From Acidimicrobiales bacterium (lineage in GTDB: Bacteria > Actinomycetota > Acidimicrobiia > Acidimicrobiales > GCA-2861595): a DNA stretch of 64,000 nt. The first letter of the stretch is position 1, and each line of letters opens with the position of its first letter. The stretch spans positions 608,432 to 672,431 of the forward strand of contig JAUJNQ010000001.1 in the NCBI GenBank assembly GCA_030448025.1, given 5' to 3'. The position numbers and the translations under genes were made by a program. The notes under the pieces were generated by a model. It searched no databases. It saw only the letters and a program-made list of their open reading frames with translations, and had not been told where the DNA came from. Positions 48,928 through 64,000 of the stretch are shown here, piece by piece.

Positions 48928-49173
48928 GAGAGCTAGCCGGTCCAGACGACCAGGACACGCCCAAAGTCGAACCAGCCTCCTCGGCGGGCAGCGCGGGTAG
49001 AGCGCCTCCCCTCGAGTCTCGTGCTGGCTGTCGAGGTCAGTCGCCGAGGCGACCTCGCCGATCTGGGGGCGGTGCGGGGGCCTGGACCCCACTATGACGC
49101 TGGCCCGCTGGGGCCCGAAGGGATCCTTGTCACACTGTCATGGTTGAACGAACGGCGACTGTGCCGAGCGACG

Positions 49174-50148
49174 TTAGTTGGCGCCTCCGCCGACCGGCAG
49201 GGCCGCATGGACCCCAACGCGCCGTTGGTCTCCGGTGCCGTCGCACACCTCGAAGCAAGCCTTGCCCCGCTCCTTCGCCCGGTACATGGCGGCGTCGGCC
49301 TGACGGACCAGGGCCGATGGGGTGTCCCTCCGCTCACCGGCTAGGGCGATCCCCACGCTGGCGGTGATGTACACGTCACCGCCGGGCAGCACCACCGCGG
49401 AGTCGCCGATGGTCCTGAGGACCCGATCGCCGATGGCCAAGGCGGAGTGGTCGTCACTCATGTCAAGGCACAGGATGGTGAACTCGTCGCCGCCGAAACG
49501 GGCCAGGGTGTCGCAGGGGCGGAGGACGCCCCGAAGTCGCGACGCAATCTCCACGAGGAGCTGGTCGCCGGCCTCGTGACCGAGCTTGTCGTTGATCGCC
49601 TTGAACCCATCGAGGTCGAAGAAGAGGACGGCGATCCTTCCCGGACGCCGCTCGACGTAAGCGAGGCCCATCTCCAGGCGGTCGAGGAACAGTGTGCGGT
49701 TGGGAAGCCCGGTGAGGTCGTCGTGGAGAGCCCGGTGAGCCAGTCTCTCGGCCTCCCGCTTGAGACGGTAAAGGTCGACGAAGACCGAAACCTTCGAGCG
49801 TAGGACAGCCGGGATGAAGGGCTTGTGCATGTAGTCCACGGCCCCGGTCTCGTAGCCCTGGAACATGCGCTCGGGATCCTCGCCGAAAGCAGTTAGGAAG
49901 ATGATCGGTACGTGCCTCGTCTTCTCCCGATGCTTGACGTACTTGGCCGTCTCGAACCCGCTGATCCCTCCTGGCATCTCCACGTCGAGCAGGATGAGGG
50001 CAAAGTCGTCCTCGAGGAGCCGCTTCAGGGCTTCCTCCCCCGAATGGGCTCGGACCAGGTTCAGCTCCAACGGCTCGAGGATGGCTTCCAGCGTCACCAG
50101 GTTCTCGACCCGGTCGTCCACCATGAGGATGTTCGCCTTCTCGGTCAT
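49174..50148 (-). CDS. response regulator-diguanylate cyclase (REC-GGDEF)
   Basis: Met172 of track ORF 49174-50661 (MTEKANILMVDD). Its ATG overlaps the cheR TGA (TGATG). Contains LTGLPNR, RFGGDEFTIL and the ADAAMYRAKERG motifs. Confidence 0.9.
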   Translation of the reverse strand: MTEKANILMVDDRVENLVTLEAILEPLELNLVRAHSGEEALKRLLEDDFALILLDVEMPGGISGFETAKYVKHREKTRHVPIIFLTAFGEDPERMFQGYETGAVDYMHKPFIPAVLRSKVSVFVDLYRLKREAERLAHRALHDDLTGLPNRTLFLDRLEMGLAYVERRPGRIAVLFFDLDGFKAINDKLGHEAGDQLLVEIASRLRGVLRPCDTLARFGGDEFTILCLDMSDDHSALAIGDRVLRTIGDSAVVLPGGDVYITASVGIALAGERRDTPSALVRQADAAMYRAKERGKACFEVCDGTGDQRRVGVHAALPVGGGAN

Positions 50149-51008
50149 CACGCCGTCCGCCGGTAGAGCTTCTGCCTTGCATCGAGGTCCTGGTAGCGCG
50201 CTTCGTGGGGTGTGAAACGCAGGGACTCCTTCTGTCCGAGCGCCAGGACCCCGAATGAGTTGAGGCTGTTGTAGAACAACTCGTGGACCCGCTCCTGGAG
50301 GGTTCTCCCGAAGTAGATCAGCACGTTGCGGCACAAGATCGCGTTGAACTCGTTGAAAGGGCCATCCGACACCAGGTTGTGCTGAGCGAAGAGTATGTTC
50401 TCCGACAGCGAGGGGCTGATGCGCAGCTTGCCGCCAGCTTCGGCGAAATAGCTGGAGAGCTCCCGGGTTCCTCCGGCACGAAGGTAATTGTCGGTGTAGG
50501 CGGGCATGTCCTTGAGCGCCAATGCGCCGGTCCTGGCCCTCTCGAGCACCACCTCGTTGATATCGGTGGCGTAGATCCTCGTCCGCTCGTAGAGGCCCTC
50601 CTCTTCGAGGACGATCGCCACGGAGTAGGCCTCCTCGCCTGTGGAGCAGCCGGCGATCCAAATGCGGATGACCGGATAGGTACGGAGGAGAGGGACCACC
50701 ATGGCCCGAAAGGCGGCGTAGAAGCCGGGATCCCGGAACATGGCTGTGACGTTGACAGACAGGACTCGGAGGAGCCGCTCCATGCAGGCCGGGTCGTGGA
50801 GGACCTTCTCCTGCAGGCCAGAGAGGCTCTCGAGCTTCTCTGCTTGGACGCGCTTGCGTAGCTGGCGCTTCAGGGAGCTGGGCGCGTACTGGCGGAAATC
50901 GAAGCCGTAGTGGCCATAGATGCCCTCCAGCAGCAGCTGCATCTCGACGTCCTCGAGGGCAGCGTCCGTCCCGCCCGGAACCTCTGCGAACATCCCCTCT
51001 CCGGGCAT
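50148..51008 (-). CDS. cheR: CheR-type protein-glutamate O-methyltransferase
   Basis: 286 aa. N-terminal helical domain (LLLEGIYGHYGFDFRQY), TAMFRDP, SAM-binding RIWIAGCSTGEEAYS, and CRNVLIYF. Confidence 0.9.
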   Translation of the reverse strand: MPGEGMFAEVPGGTDAALEDVEMQLLLEGIYGHYGFDFRQYAPSSLKRQLRKRVQAEKLESLSGLQEKVLHDPACMERLLRVLSVNVTAMFRDPGFYAAFRAMVVPLLRTYPVIRIWIAGCSTGEEAYSVAIVLEEEGLYERTRIYATDINEVVLERARTGALALKDMPAYTDNYLRAGGTRELSSYFAEAGGKLRISPSLSENILFAQHNLVSDGPFNEFNAILCRNVLIYFGRTLQERVHELFYNSLNSFGVLALGQKESLRFTPHEARYQDLDARQKLYRRTA

Positions 51009-51019
51009 CGGCTCCGGCG

Positions 51020-56116
<5,097 letters not shown>

Positions 56117-56880
56117 ACGATCTCCTTTTCTTGCTCAGTGGGTCACCGATCGAGCCGGGGACGCGCCATAGCCGCTTCCGGCCCCGGCCCGAGGCCGGGG
56201 TGAACTCAACGACTTCCCTGCCTTGACGTGTCGACCAATCGGGACTCAGCCTTTAGCGATTCACGATCGGAACCCGGGCGGCTCAGATGAGCTCTCGAGC
56301 AAGACCTCGCCGAGGCGGCTCGCTCGCACCAGCACGTAGGAGTGACCATCGATAGGGTCCAGCTACGACGTTCTGTGCTCGCCAGCCCTTGTGAGATGCT
56401 CCCGAATCAGACACTTCCGGGGTAGGCAACCGTCGTCCGTCGCGCAGGAAGTCGGCGCCACCAAGGGAGCCGACTTGCTGGTTTCACCCTGCTCGTCACG
56501 GTGGACGTCCTCGGCGTCGGCGTGGCGGCCGAGGGCTGGACACCCCCGAGCAGCCGACCTTCCTGCGCCTTCACGCTGCCACCAGGCCGTCTGGCCACCT
56601 AGCCAGCCCAACCGGTGTCGTCGGCGTCGAGCACCGCGGCGAGGCTGCGCCAGTTCTCGCAATTGGTGCTTGGATGCGACACAAGCGTCGATTCTCGGCG
56701 TTCCGCTCGCTATTGGGGCTGTGGACCGCTATGTGTGTTCGCTGTGACCACTATATGTGTTCGCACTACTTTCGGCTCAAGGTCAGGTCATCTGATGCCG
56801 ATGTCTTGCCAAGGTGCTTCGGCACTGGGTTGTCGGCCGCCGGTCGAGCAACAGCTTGACCATGGGAGGTCACAAGAAGC

Positions 56881-59640
56881 GTGCTTCGGGAGTCGCGGGG
56901 CATCACAGAGGTGCGTCCGCGCCAGAACGGCGACAGCGACATAGGCGACACGACATCACAACCAGCATTCGCTGGCGACACCGCCGCATTCCTCACCCAG
57001 GCGGCCCGGACCCTGACTTCCTCACTGGACTTTGAGGAGACGCTCAAGCTTGTGGCCCGCCTTGCCGTTCCGGTCATCGCCGACTGGTGCGTCGTCGACA
57101 TCGTCGACCAAGAGCTCAGCCCCAAATTGCGCCGACTGACTATCACCCATGCCGACCCCGAGAAGGAGCGGTGGGGCCACGAGATCGCTCGTCGCTATCC
57201 CCCCCTTCCCGATCAATCCGTCGGTCCACAGCGGGTGGTGCAGACGGGTCGCCCCGAGCTGGTCGAGGACATTCCTGACTCGATGCTGATGTCGGTGGCC
57301 AGGGACGACGAGCACCTTGCCCTGCTCCGTCAGATCGGCTTCTCCTCATACATGTGCGTGCCGCTGCGGGCCCGAGGGAAAATCCTTGGAGCCATCACCT
57401 GCGTGGCGGCGGACTCGGGCCGTCGCTTCGGAGATGCTGATCTCGAGCTGCTCGAAGCCCTTGCCCGCAGTGCCGCCAGTGCTGTCGACACCGCCTTGCT
57501 GTTCCACGGCGTCGAGGAGGCGAACAGGACGAGCCAGGAAGCACTGGGCCTGCTCGACAGCTTGTTCGTGAGCGCACCGGTTGGCCTCGGGTTCTGGGAC
57601 TCAGACCTGCGCTGTGTCCGGATCAACGACTGTCTTGCGAGCATCAGCGGGGTGCCGGTCGACTCCTGCCTGGGCCAAACGCCCGTTGATATCGTCGGAC
57701 CCCTCGGGGAAGAGATCGAGGCCCTCTTCCGGCGCGTCCTCCTCAGCCGAGAGCCCGTCACCGGCTACGAGCTGTCGGGGCAAACGGCGGCTGCCCCGGA
57801 CGAGGAGCGACATTGGGTCGTCCACTACTACCCGGTCGTCTCCGCGCCCGACGCAGTCCTCGGTGTGGGAGCGGTGGTGGTAGACGTCACTGAGCGCAAG
57901 CGAGCCGAGGAGGCTCTGCGTCAGAGCGAGGAACTTTTCCGCAGCCTGGTGGAGAGCGCCGCCGACTACGCCATCTACATGCTCGACCCCGGCGGAAAGG
58001 TGATGAGCTGGAATCGGGGCGCCGAAAAGGCCAAGGGCTACGGCCGCGACGAGATCTTGGGTCGCCACTTCTCCACTTTCTTCACCAAGGAGGACGTCGA
58101 GCAAGGCACGCCTGAACGTCACCTCAAGCTGGCTCTCGAGGGTGGGAGCTGGGAGCATCAAGGATGGCGGGTGCGCAAGGACGGTTCCCGGTTCTGGGCC
58201 AACACGGTGTTGACCGCCCTGCGGGATGCGTCCGGGGAGGTGCGGGGCTTCTCCAAGGTCTCCCGGGACATGACCGAGGCCAAGGCCATGGAGGAGCAGC
58301 TCAAGCGCCAGGCCCTCACCGACCCTCTCACCAACCTGGCCAACCGGGCCCTGTTTCGAGACCGGGTCGAGCACGCCTTTGCCCGCAGGGAGCGCCGGGA
58401 CGAGCGCCTGGCGGTGCTGTTCTTGGACCTGGACGGGTTCAAGAAGATCAACGACACCCTGGGCCACGAGGCCGGGGACCACTTGCTGGTAGAGGTGGCC
58501 GCCCGCCTGCAGGACTGCGTGCGGCCCTCGGACACGGCGGCGCGCATGGGAGGAGACGAGTTCGCCATCCTCCTCGACGACCTCAAGGGCCCAAGCGACG
58601 CCGCTCGGGTGGCCGAGCGCATCTTGGGGGCGCTGTCGGCTCCTTATGACCTGGCCGAGGGCCGAGTAAGGGTCCAGGCCAGCATCGGGCTGGTGGCCAA
58701 CCCCGCAGGCCAGAGCGGCGCGGAGGCGGTGCGCAACGCGGATCTGGCCATGTACTCGGCAAAGCAGGCTGGCAAGGGTCGCTACGAGCTCTTCGAGCCC
58801 GGCATGCACACCGCGGCGGTGAAGCGTCTCAAGCTGGAGGCGGACTTACGACAGGCGGTCGAGGACGAGGGCTTCGAGCTGCACTACCAGCCAATCGTCG
58901 AGCTCGAGACCAGGCGGATCGCAGGCATAGAGGCCCTGTTGCGCTGGCACCACCCCACAGACGGGTTGCTGACTCCGAGCGCATTCATGGAGGTAGCCGA
59001 GGAAACCGGGCTCATCCTCGCCATCGGTTCGTGGGTGCTCCGCCAAGCCTGCGCCCAGGGGCGCTGGCTGCAGTCGCAGTACCCCATGGAGCCGCCGCTG
59101 TCCATGAGCGTCAACCTCTCCCCCAAGCAGTTCCTCCACCCCGGCTTGGTGGCCGATGTGGCCCGGGCTCTGGACCACTCGGGCCTACCGGCCCAGAACC
59201 TCATCCTTGAGGTGACTGAGGCCGCCCTTCTGGAGGGCGGTGAGGAGAGTGTCACCACGCTCGGGAGGCTGAAGGAGATGGGAGTCCGGATTGCCCTGGA
59301 CGACTTCGGCACCGGCTACTCGTCGCTCACCCATCTTCAACGCTTTCCGGTCGACATACTCAGCCTCGACAAGGATTTCGTCGAAGGGCTCAGGCGGGGG
59401 TCGTCGGAGTGGGCCTTGGCCGGGGCCATCGTCGGGCTCTGCGAAACCCTCGAGTTGGACACCCTTGCCGAAGGCATCGAACGAAGCGACCAGCTGGCGA
59501 AGCTCGAGGAGCTGGGATGCGACGAGGGCCAGGGCTACTACCTGGGTCGGCCCCTGGACGTCGACGAGACGCTCCAACTGGTGAAGTCCTCGGAGTCGCC
59601 TCCCGGCGCCAGCCCCGCGAAAACGTCGAAGGGCTCCTGA
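56881..59640 (+). CDS. GAF-PAS-PAS-GGDEF-EAL c-di-GMP signalling protein
   Basis: 919 aa. GAF (LVARLAVPVIADWCVVD..). Two PAS domains (SRDMTEAKA linker). MGGDEFAIL. EAL region with IEALLRW, DDFGTGYSSL and EGIE. Confidence 0.9.
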   Translation: MLRESRGITEVRPRQNGDSDIGDTTSQPAFAGDTAAFLTQAARTLTSSLDFEETLKLVARLAVPVIADWCVVDIVDQELSPKLRRLTITHADPEKERWGHEIARRYPPLPDQSVGPQRVVQTGRPELVEDIPDSMLMSVARDDEHLALLRQIGFSSYMCVPLRARGKILGAITCVAADSGRRFGDADLELLEALARSAASAVDTALLFHGVEEANRTSQEALGLLDSLFVSAPVGLGFWDSDLRCVRINDCLASISGVPVDSCLGQTPVDIVGPLGEEIEALFRRVLLSREPVTGYELSGQTAAAPDEERHWVVHYYPVVSAPDAVLGVGAVVVDVTERKRAEEALRQSEELFRSLVESAADYAIYMLDPGGKVMSWNRGAEKAKGYGRDEILGRHFSTFFTKEDVEQGTPERHLKLALEGGSWEHQGWRVRKDGSRFWANTVLTALRDASGEVRGFSKVSRDMTEAKAMEEQLKRQALTDPLTNLANRALFRDRVEHAFARRERRDERLAVLFLDLDGFKKINDTLGHEAGDHLLVEVAARLQDCVRPSDTAARMGGDEFAILLDDLKGPSDAARVAERILGALSAPYDLAEGRVRVQASIGLVANPAGQSGAEAVRNADLAMYSAKQAGKGRYELFEPGMHTAAVKRLKLEADLRQAVEDEGFELHYQPIVELETRRIAGIEALLRWHHPTDGLLTPSAFMEVAEETGLILAIGSWVLRQACAQGRWLQSQYPMEPPLSMSVNLSPKQFLHPGLVADVARALDHSGLPAQNLILEVTEAALLEGGEESVTTLGRLKEMGVRIALDDFGTGYSSLTHLQRFPVDILSLDKDFVEGLRRGSSEWALAGAIVGLCETLELDTLAEGIERSDQLAKLEELGCDEGQGYYLGRPLDVDETLQLVKSSESPPGASPAKTSKGS

Positions 59641-59660
59641 GGAGGTTGGCCCGAATCTCG

Positions 59661-62600
59661 ATGAGCGGCGTACAAACACGCGGTGCTCTCCAGGAGACGC
59701 TCGGACACTTCGACGCCAGCTTCGGCCCCGCCCCGGTGGGAATGGCGGCGATCAGCGCCGAGGGTCCCTCGCTGGGGCGCTTCCTACGGGTGAACCCAGC
59801 TCTGTGCGCCATCACCGGGCGCTCGAGCGACCAACTCCTCGTCACCACCTCCAGGCCATCACCCATCCCGACGACCTGGGGGCCGGGCTGGCTTACCTGG
59901 ACGAGGCATTGCACGGCGAGCGGCGCTCCTTCCAGACCGAGAAGCGCTACGTCCACGCTGACGGCCACGTCGTGTGGGTGGCGCTCAGCACCTGGGCCGT
60001 GCCCGACTCCACTGGGCTCCCACTGTGCTTCCTCACCCAGGTGCACGACATCACGGCGGCAAAGCTGGCCGAGGACGCCCTGAGGGATCGGGAGCGCCAG
60101 CTTTCTGAAGCCCAGCAGCTGGCTCGCCTGGGGAGCTGGCAGTGGGACATCGCCTCCAACCGGGTCCAGTGGTCCGACCAGTTGTACCTGATGTTCGGGC
60201 TGGATCCCGCCCACTTCGAGGCCACCTACCAGGCCTACCTGGCCCAGGTCCACGTCGAGGACCGCCAAGTCGTCCACGAGACCATCACCCGGGCCCTGAA
60301 GACCCACGAGCTCTTCTCGCTCGAGCACCGCTCGGTTGAATTCGCCGATGGCGCCAAGTGGATCCGCTCCCGCGGCCTGGTGGAGGTGGACGAGAAGGGT
60401 ACGCCGGTCGCGATGCATGGCACCGCCCAGGATTTCACCGAAGCCAAGCGGGCCGAGGAGGAGAACCAGAAGAGGCAACAGCTGTTGAACGCAGTCCTCG
60501 AACACCTGGAGGAGGTCATCGTCGCCTGTGATGCCGAGGGGATCTTGACCTTGTTCAACCGCGCCGCACGGGACTTTCACGGGCTTCCCCCCCAAGGCCT
60601 CCCGCCTGGGCGCTGGGCCGAGCACTACGACCTCTACGGCGCCGACGGAAGACGCCCATGGAACCCGAGGAGATTCCCCTCTTCCGGGCTCTCATGGGAC
60701 ATCGCGTGCGCAATGCGGAAATGGTGATTGCCCCTAGGAACGCCCCGAGCCGCACGCTGGTGGCCAACGGACAACCCATCTCGGACGCTGGCGGTCGCAG
60801 ACTGGGCGCTGTTGTGGCCCTGCGCGACGTCACCGCTTCACTGGAGGCCAAGGCCCGCCTGGACCACCAGAGCCTCCATGACGCCTTGACCGGCCGGCCC
60901 AATCGAGCCCTGTTCGTGGATCGCGTGGCCCAGGCCCTGGAGCGGGGCAAACGGGGCAGCCGCTGCACCGCGGTGCTGTTCTTGGACTTGGACCGCCTGC
61001 GAGCCGTCAACGACGCATTCGGCTACGGCGCCGGCAGCCAGGTTCTGATGGCTCTGTCCGCCAAGCTCGACCAGGTCCTTCGCCCCGATGGCACCGTGGC
61101 CCGTGTCGGAGGCGATGAGTTCGCCATCCTCTGTGAGGACGTCGCCGATGAGCGGATCGTAATGGACATCGCGGAGCGAACCCTGGCGGCGATCCAGGAG
61201 CCGATGGAGATCGGCGATGGGCAGATCCGTCAGGTCGTGTCACCGCCACGTTGGGGGTGGCCGCGGCTGTGCCGACAGCAGCGATGCGGAGGGTCTGCTC
61301 GCCGACGCCGAGCTCGCCCTGCGACGGGCGAAGGAACAAGGCGGGGCCGGCTGTGAGCTCTTCTCGCCAGAGATGCGAGCCGACACCGTGCAGCGCATCG
61401 CGAATGAAGTGGCCCTGCGACGGGCCCTCGAGGAACGCCAGTTCGGCCTCGTCTACCCAGCCCATCATGGCGCTGAACACCAACAAGATCGTGGGGGCCG
61501 AAGCGCTGATGCGCTGGGAGCATCCCGAGCGGGGCGTGGTGGCGCCCCTCGACTTCATACCGCTGGCCGAGGAGACCGGCCTCATCGTGCCCATCGGCGC
61601 ATGGGTTCTCGAGGTAGCCGCCCGCCAGGCCGCCACGTGGGCTCGTCGTTCCCCGCACGGCTACCCCTGAGGGTGTCGGTGAACGTGTCGGCCGCGCAGT
61701 TCCGAGCCGGGCTGGTGGACACAGTGAGGAGCGTGCTGGACCGGACCGGGATCGATCCGGGGATGCTCTGCCTGGAGGTCACCGAGAGCATCATCATGGA
61801 CGACGTCGAGGAACCCATCGCAACACTGGTTGCCCTGAAGTCCCTCGGCGTGGCCATCTCGATCGACGATTTCGGCACCGGCTACTCCTCGCTCGCTTAC
61901 CTGAAGCGCTTTCCACTCGACGAGATGAAGGTGGACCGCAGCTTTGTCGACGGGCTTGGTCGAGATCCCGAGGACACCGCCATCGTGGCCGCGGTGACGG
62001 CCATGGCCCACGTCTTGGGGCTCTCCGTGGTGGCCGAAGGCGTGGAGACGGCGGAGCAACTGGATAACGTCCGCCTGCTGGGCTGCGAGCTCGCTCAGGG
62101 CTACCACCTGGCCCGACCTCAGGATGCCGCGGCCTTTGCCAAACTCTTGCGAGCCGAGGACGAAGCCGCTTCCAACCCTTCGTTAGATGTTGAGGCGGGC
62201 CGCAGCGGTTCGCGTTGCTCCACCAAAGACACTGTGGTCATCGCTGATGACTCTCCCGATGTCCTGCTGTTGGCCGACGTGAGCCTGGCGTCGGCAGGAT
62301 TCGAGGTGCACACGGCGAGCGGCGGCGAAGAGGCCATCTCGCTTGTCCGAGCGGTCCGGCCCTCATGTGTGGTCCTTGACGTGACGATGCCCGGTCTGAG
62401 CGGCGTGGAGGTCTGTCGAGAGCTCCGCCGATCCCTCCACCAGCGGGTGCACCATCGTGATGCTCACGGCCAACGAACTGGCAGCCAAAAAGGTCGGGGC
62501 CTTCTCGGCCGGTGCCGACGACTACATGCTCAAGCCGTTCTCGCCGCGCGACCTGGTCAGCCGGGTGAGGGCCGCCATGCGCCGCACGTCAGATGGGTCG

Positions 62601-62696
62601 CACTTGGCGGCCCCCGCTGATCAGAGTGCGGACAGCACACGGGCGCCCACCGCCGTTTCCGTTCCTTCATCCGCCAGTGCGAACGCGGCGCGTTGA
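59661..62696 (+). pseudogene. PAS-PAS-PAS-GGDEF-EAL-REC protein with at least 7 frame changes
   Basis: Colinear segments across three frames: MSGVQTRG..PAS; QAITHPDDL..WQWDIASNRVQWSDQLY..; MEPEEIPLFRAL..VGGDEFAIL; [17 protein letters not shown]; [11 protein letters not shown]..; [24 protein letters not shown]..; [21 protein letters not shown] / [16 protein letters not shown]. Junctions are near 59840, 60650, 61240, 61270, 61455, 61660 and 62428. Confidence 0.8.
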
Positions 62697-63335
62697 TGGA
62701 AATGCTGCGCCCTCTTGCCTGTGGCTTGCGCCGGGGCAGATCTCCAAGGAACCATGATCTTCGAGTCTCAGGAGAGACCGCGGAGCGCTCCGGGGCTGCT
62801 TACTTCTTCCTCCAGCTCCTCGTCTCTGTCAGCGTCGCCCTGTTCGCCGTCGGGTTCCGTCCTCCCTCCCTGGTAGGGGGCCTGTGGCGACGGCCCCAGG
62901 AGGAGACCATGCGTCGAGGCCTGCAGGCGCACCCGGTAACCGGCGATATGCAGTGAGTCGACCGGCCGGTAACCGCGGCGCCGACGGCGGTTCCCGTGCG
63001 AGGTGGGGTGCGAAGCAGCGAACGCCGCGACGGAACGCTCGCGGTTGGGGTGGAGCACGCCGAGCAGATCCATGTCGCGGCATAGGGGCCTCGGGGGAGA
63101 AGGCGTAGGGATGCTGGGGCGCCGAGTTGATGCCGCGATTCCCGCTCGACAGTCCGGTGACCGGCTACGGCTGCCACAAGCCTGGCCCCGCGCATGTTCA
63201 CTCAAGGCAGCGCGCCCGCGGATGCCCTGCGGACTGGCTGATATTCAGGGGCACCAGCGGACACCAGCGGTCACAAGAAAGTGGCCCTGACCAGCACGTT
63301 CCTTGAATCCGTCCTGGTCAGCGAACTGGCCGGTT

Positions 63336-63374
63336 CACGGCTGAGGTCACAGGTTCGAGTCCTGTTACGCCCAC
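63336..63374 (+). repeat. attR: second copy of the 39-bp tRNA-Val 3' segment
   Basis: Identical to 40617-40655 and in the same orientation. The preceding sequence does not form the tRNA 5' half. Confidence 0.85.
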
Positions 63375-63572
63375 AGGGAGAAGTTCGGGTCAGACGCCTT
63401 CGGTTCGCCACCAGGCCCTTCCAGGAGCCACCAGTTCGGCAGCCCACCAGGCCGCCAGAGGTCGCCGTTGTCAAGGGTGAATGCCTGTCACCGCCGCGTC
63501 GTGGGCAGGGAAGTGATCGTGGCCATGCAACAGGCTCGGCATCGACACAGGAGTTTGGTGGTGAGGGGCTCT

Positions 63573-64000
63573 CTATGGCGAGAAGCGGGCCCCATCGGCT
63601 GGCCATTCGGGAGGAGAGTCAGCTCCGGCCTGGCCGCCCCAAAGCAGGAGGACGTCCCCTGTCCACGCCACGCTGACGGTGGTGCGAGCCCGAAGCGGCG
63701 ATGGCGGCAGGAGCCCTCCCAACGGTTACCGGCGGGTGAGTAGGCGGCGCCATCGTTCATCCTTTCCTTGTCCCCGCCACCCCAGACCAGGAACTCCTTG
63801 CCCGTCCATGCCCAGGCATGCCCGCCGCGCGGGCCGATCGGTGCCGGCTCAATGGTCCGCCAGGTTCCAGCTACCGGGTCATAGGCGGCGCCATCGCCGA
63901 GGTGCCCGTCCCGTCCCCCGCCCCCCAGACAAGCAGCTCCCGTCCCGTCCAAGCGGTGGCCGCCCCGACCCGCCCAGCCACCGGAGCCGGTTGAATCGGT
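63573..64000 (-). pseudogene. Kelch-repeat (beta-propeller) protein, 5' end outside the window, two frame changes
   Basis: Repeated AWTG(R/K)E(L/F)LVWGG..DGAAY(D/S)P..(T/R)W units. Segments are ..AATAWTGRELLVWG / GDGAAYDPVAGTWRTIEPAP..HAWAWTGKEFLVWGG..DGAAYSPAGNRWE / LPPSPLRARTTVSVAWTGDVLLLWGGQ..ARFSP*. Junctions are near 63925 (G-run) and 63715. Confidence 0.6.

Noticed and set aside
48928-49173. Possible intrinsic terminator between the convergent REC-HK and REC-GGDEF genes (GTCGCC-ga-GGCGAC near 49039-49052)
   Set aside because: The stem is only 6 bp with a 2-nt loop and no T-tract. Such GC palindromes are frequent by chance at this base composition.
62697-63335. ORFs at the island's right end (62693-62956 +, 62768-63205 -, 62800-63201 -)
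   Set aside because: They are mutually overlapping, have no motifs and are Arg/Pro-rich. This is probably non-coding or decayed sequence next to attR, so none was called.

Overview
GC-rich bacterial chromosome segment (about two-thirds G+C by eye, strong GC3 bias, many GTG starts, frequent 1-4 nt GTGA/TGATG gene overlaps). Gene content looks Actinomycetota-like: AdnAB-type helicase-nuclease pair, DUF2277, ppk1 followed by a NUDIX gene. From 1 to 40.5 kb the window is mostly core and accessory metabolism: NUDIX-ppk1-ROK glucokinase; sugar kinase, SDR, GNAT, hydrolase, MsrB; a Cys-rich/poly-Asp protein; a Zn-ribbon/DUF2277/SagB-like operon; a MoxR-VWA-hypothetical-methyltransferase operon; a Lys-rich/acidic repeat protein; a mitochondrial-type aconitase; a heavily frame-broken gltB; a TetR-flanked FAR-HAD/Zn-ADH/LarA-like/PlsC lipid-type operon; MscS; AdnAB-like genes; CsbD; and a frame-broken GT4. 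From 40.6 to 63.4 kb lies a ~22.7 kb island integrated into tRNA-Val(CAC), bounded by a perfect 39-bp direct repeat of the tRNA 3' end. It carries a tyrosine integrase, a nested IS3-type element, VapBC, a GNAT and about 16 kb of two-component and c-di-GMP signalling genes. The most interesting item is an MCP-less module of a 1698-aa soluble poly-HAMP/GAF hybrid kinase, CheR and REC-GGDEF. Several genes (gltB, GT4, the IS, one GGDEF-EAL-REC gene, a Kelch gene, the repeat protein) show multiple frame changes, and the four junctions read at nucleotide level (gltB x2, GT4, repeat protein) sit on G/C homopolymers. These could be pseudogenes or assembly indels. No rRNA or CRISPR was seen. Coordinates of internal starts were derived from the ORF track by residue counting and may be off by a codon.
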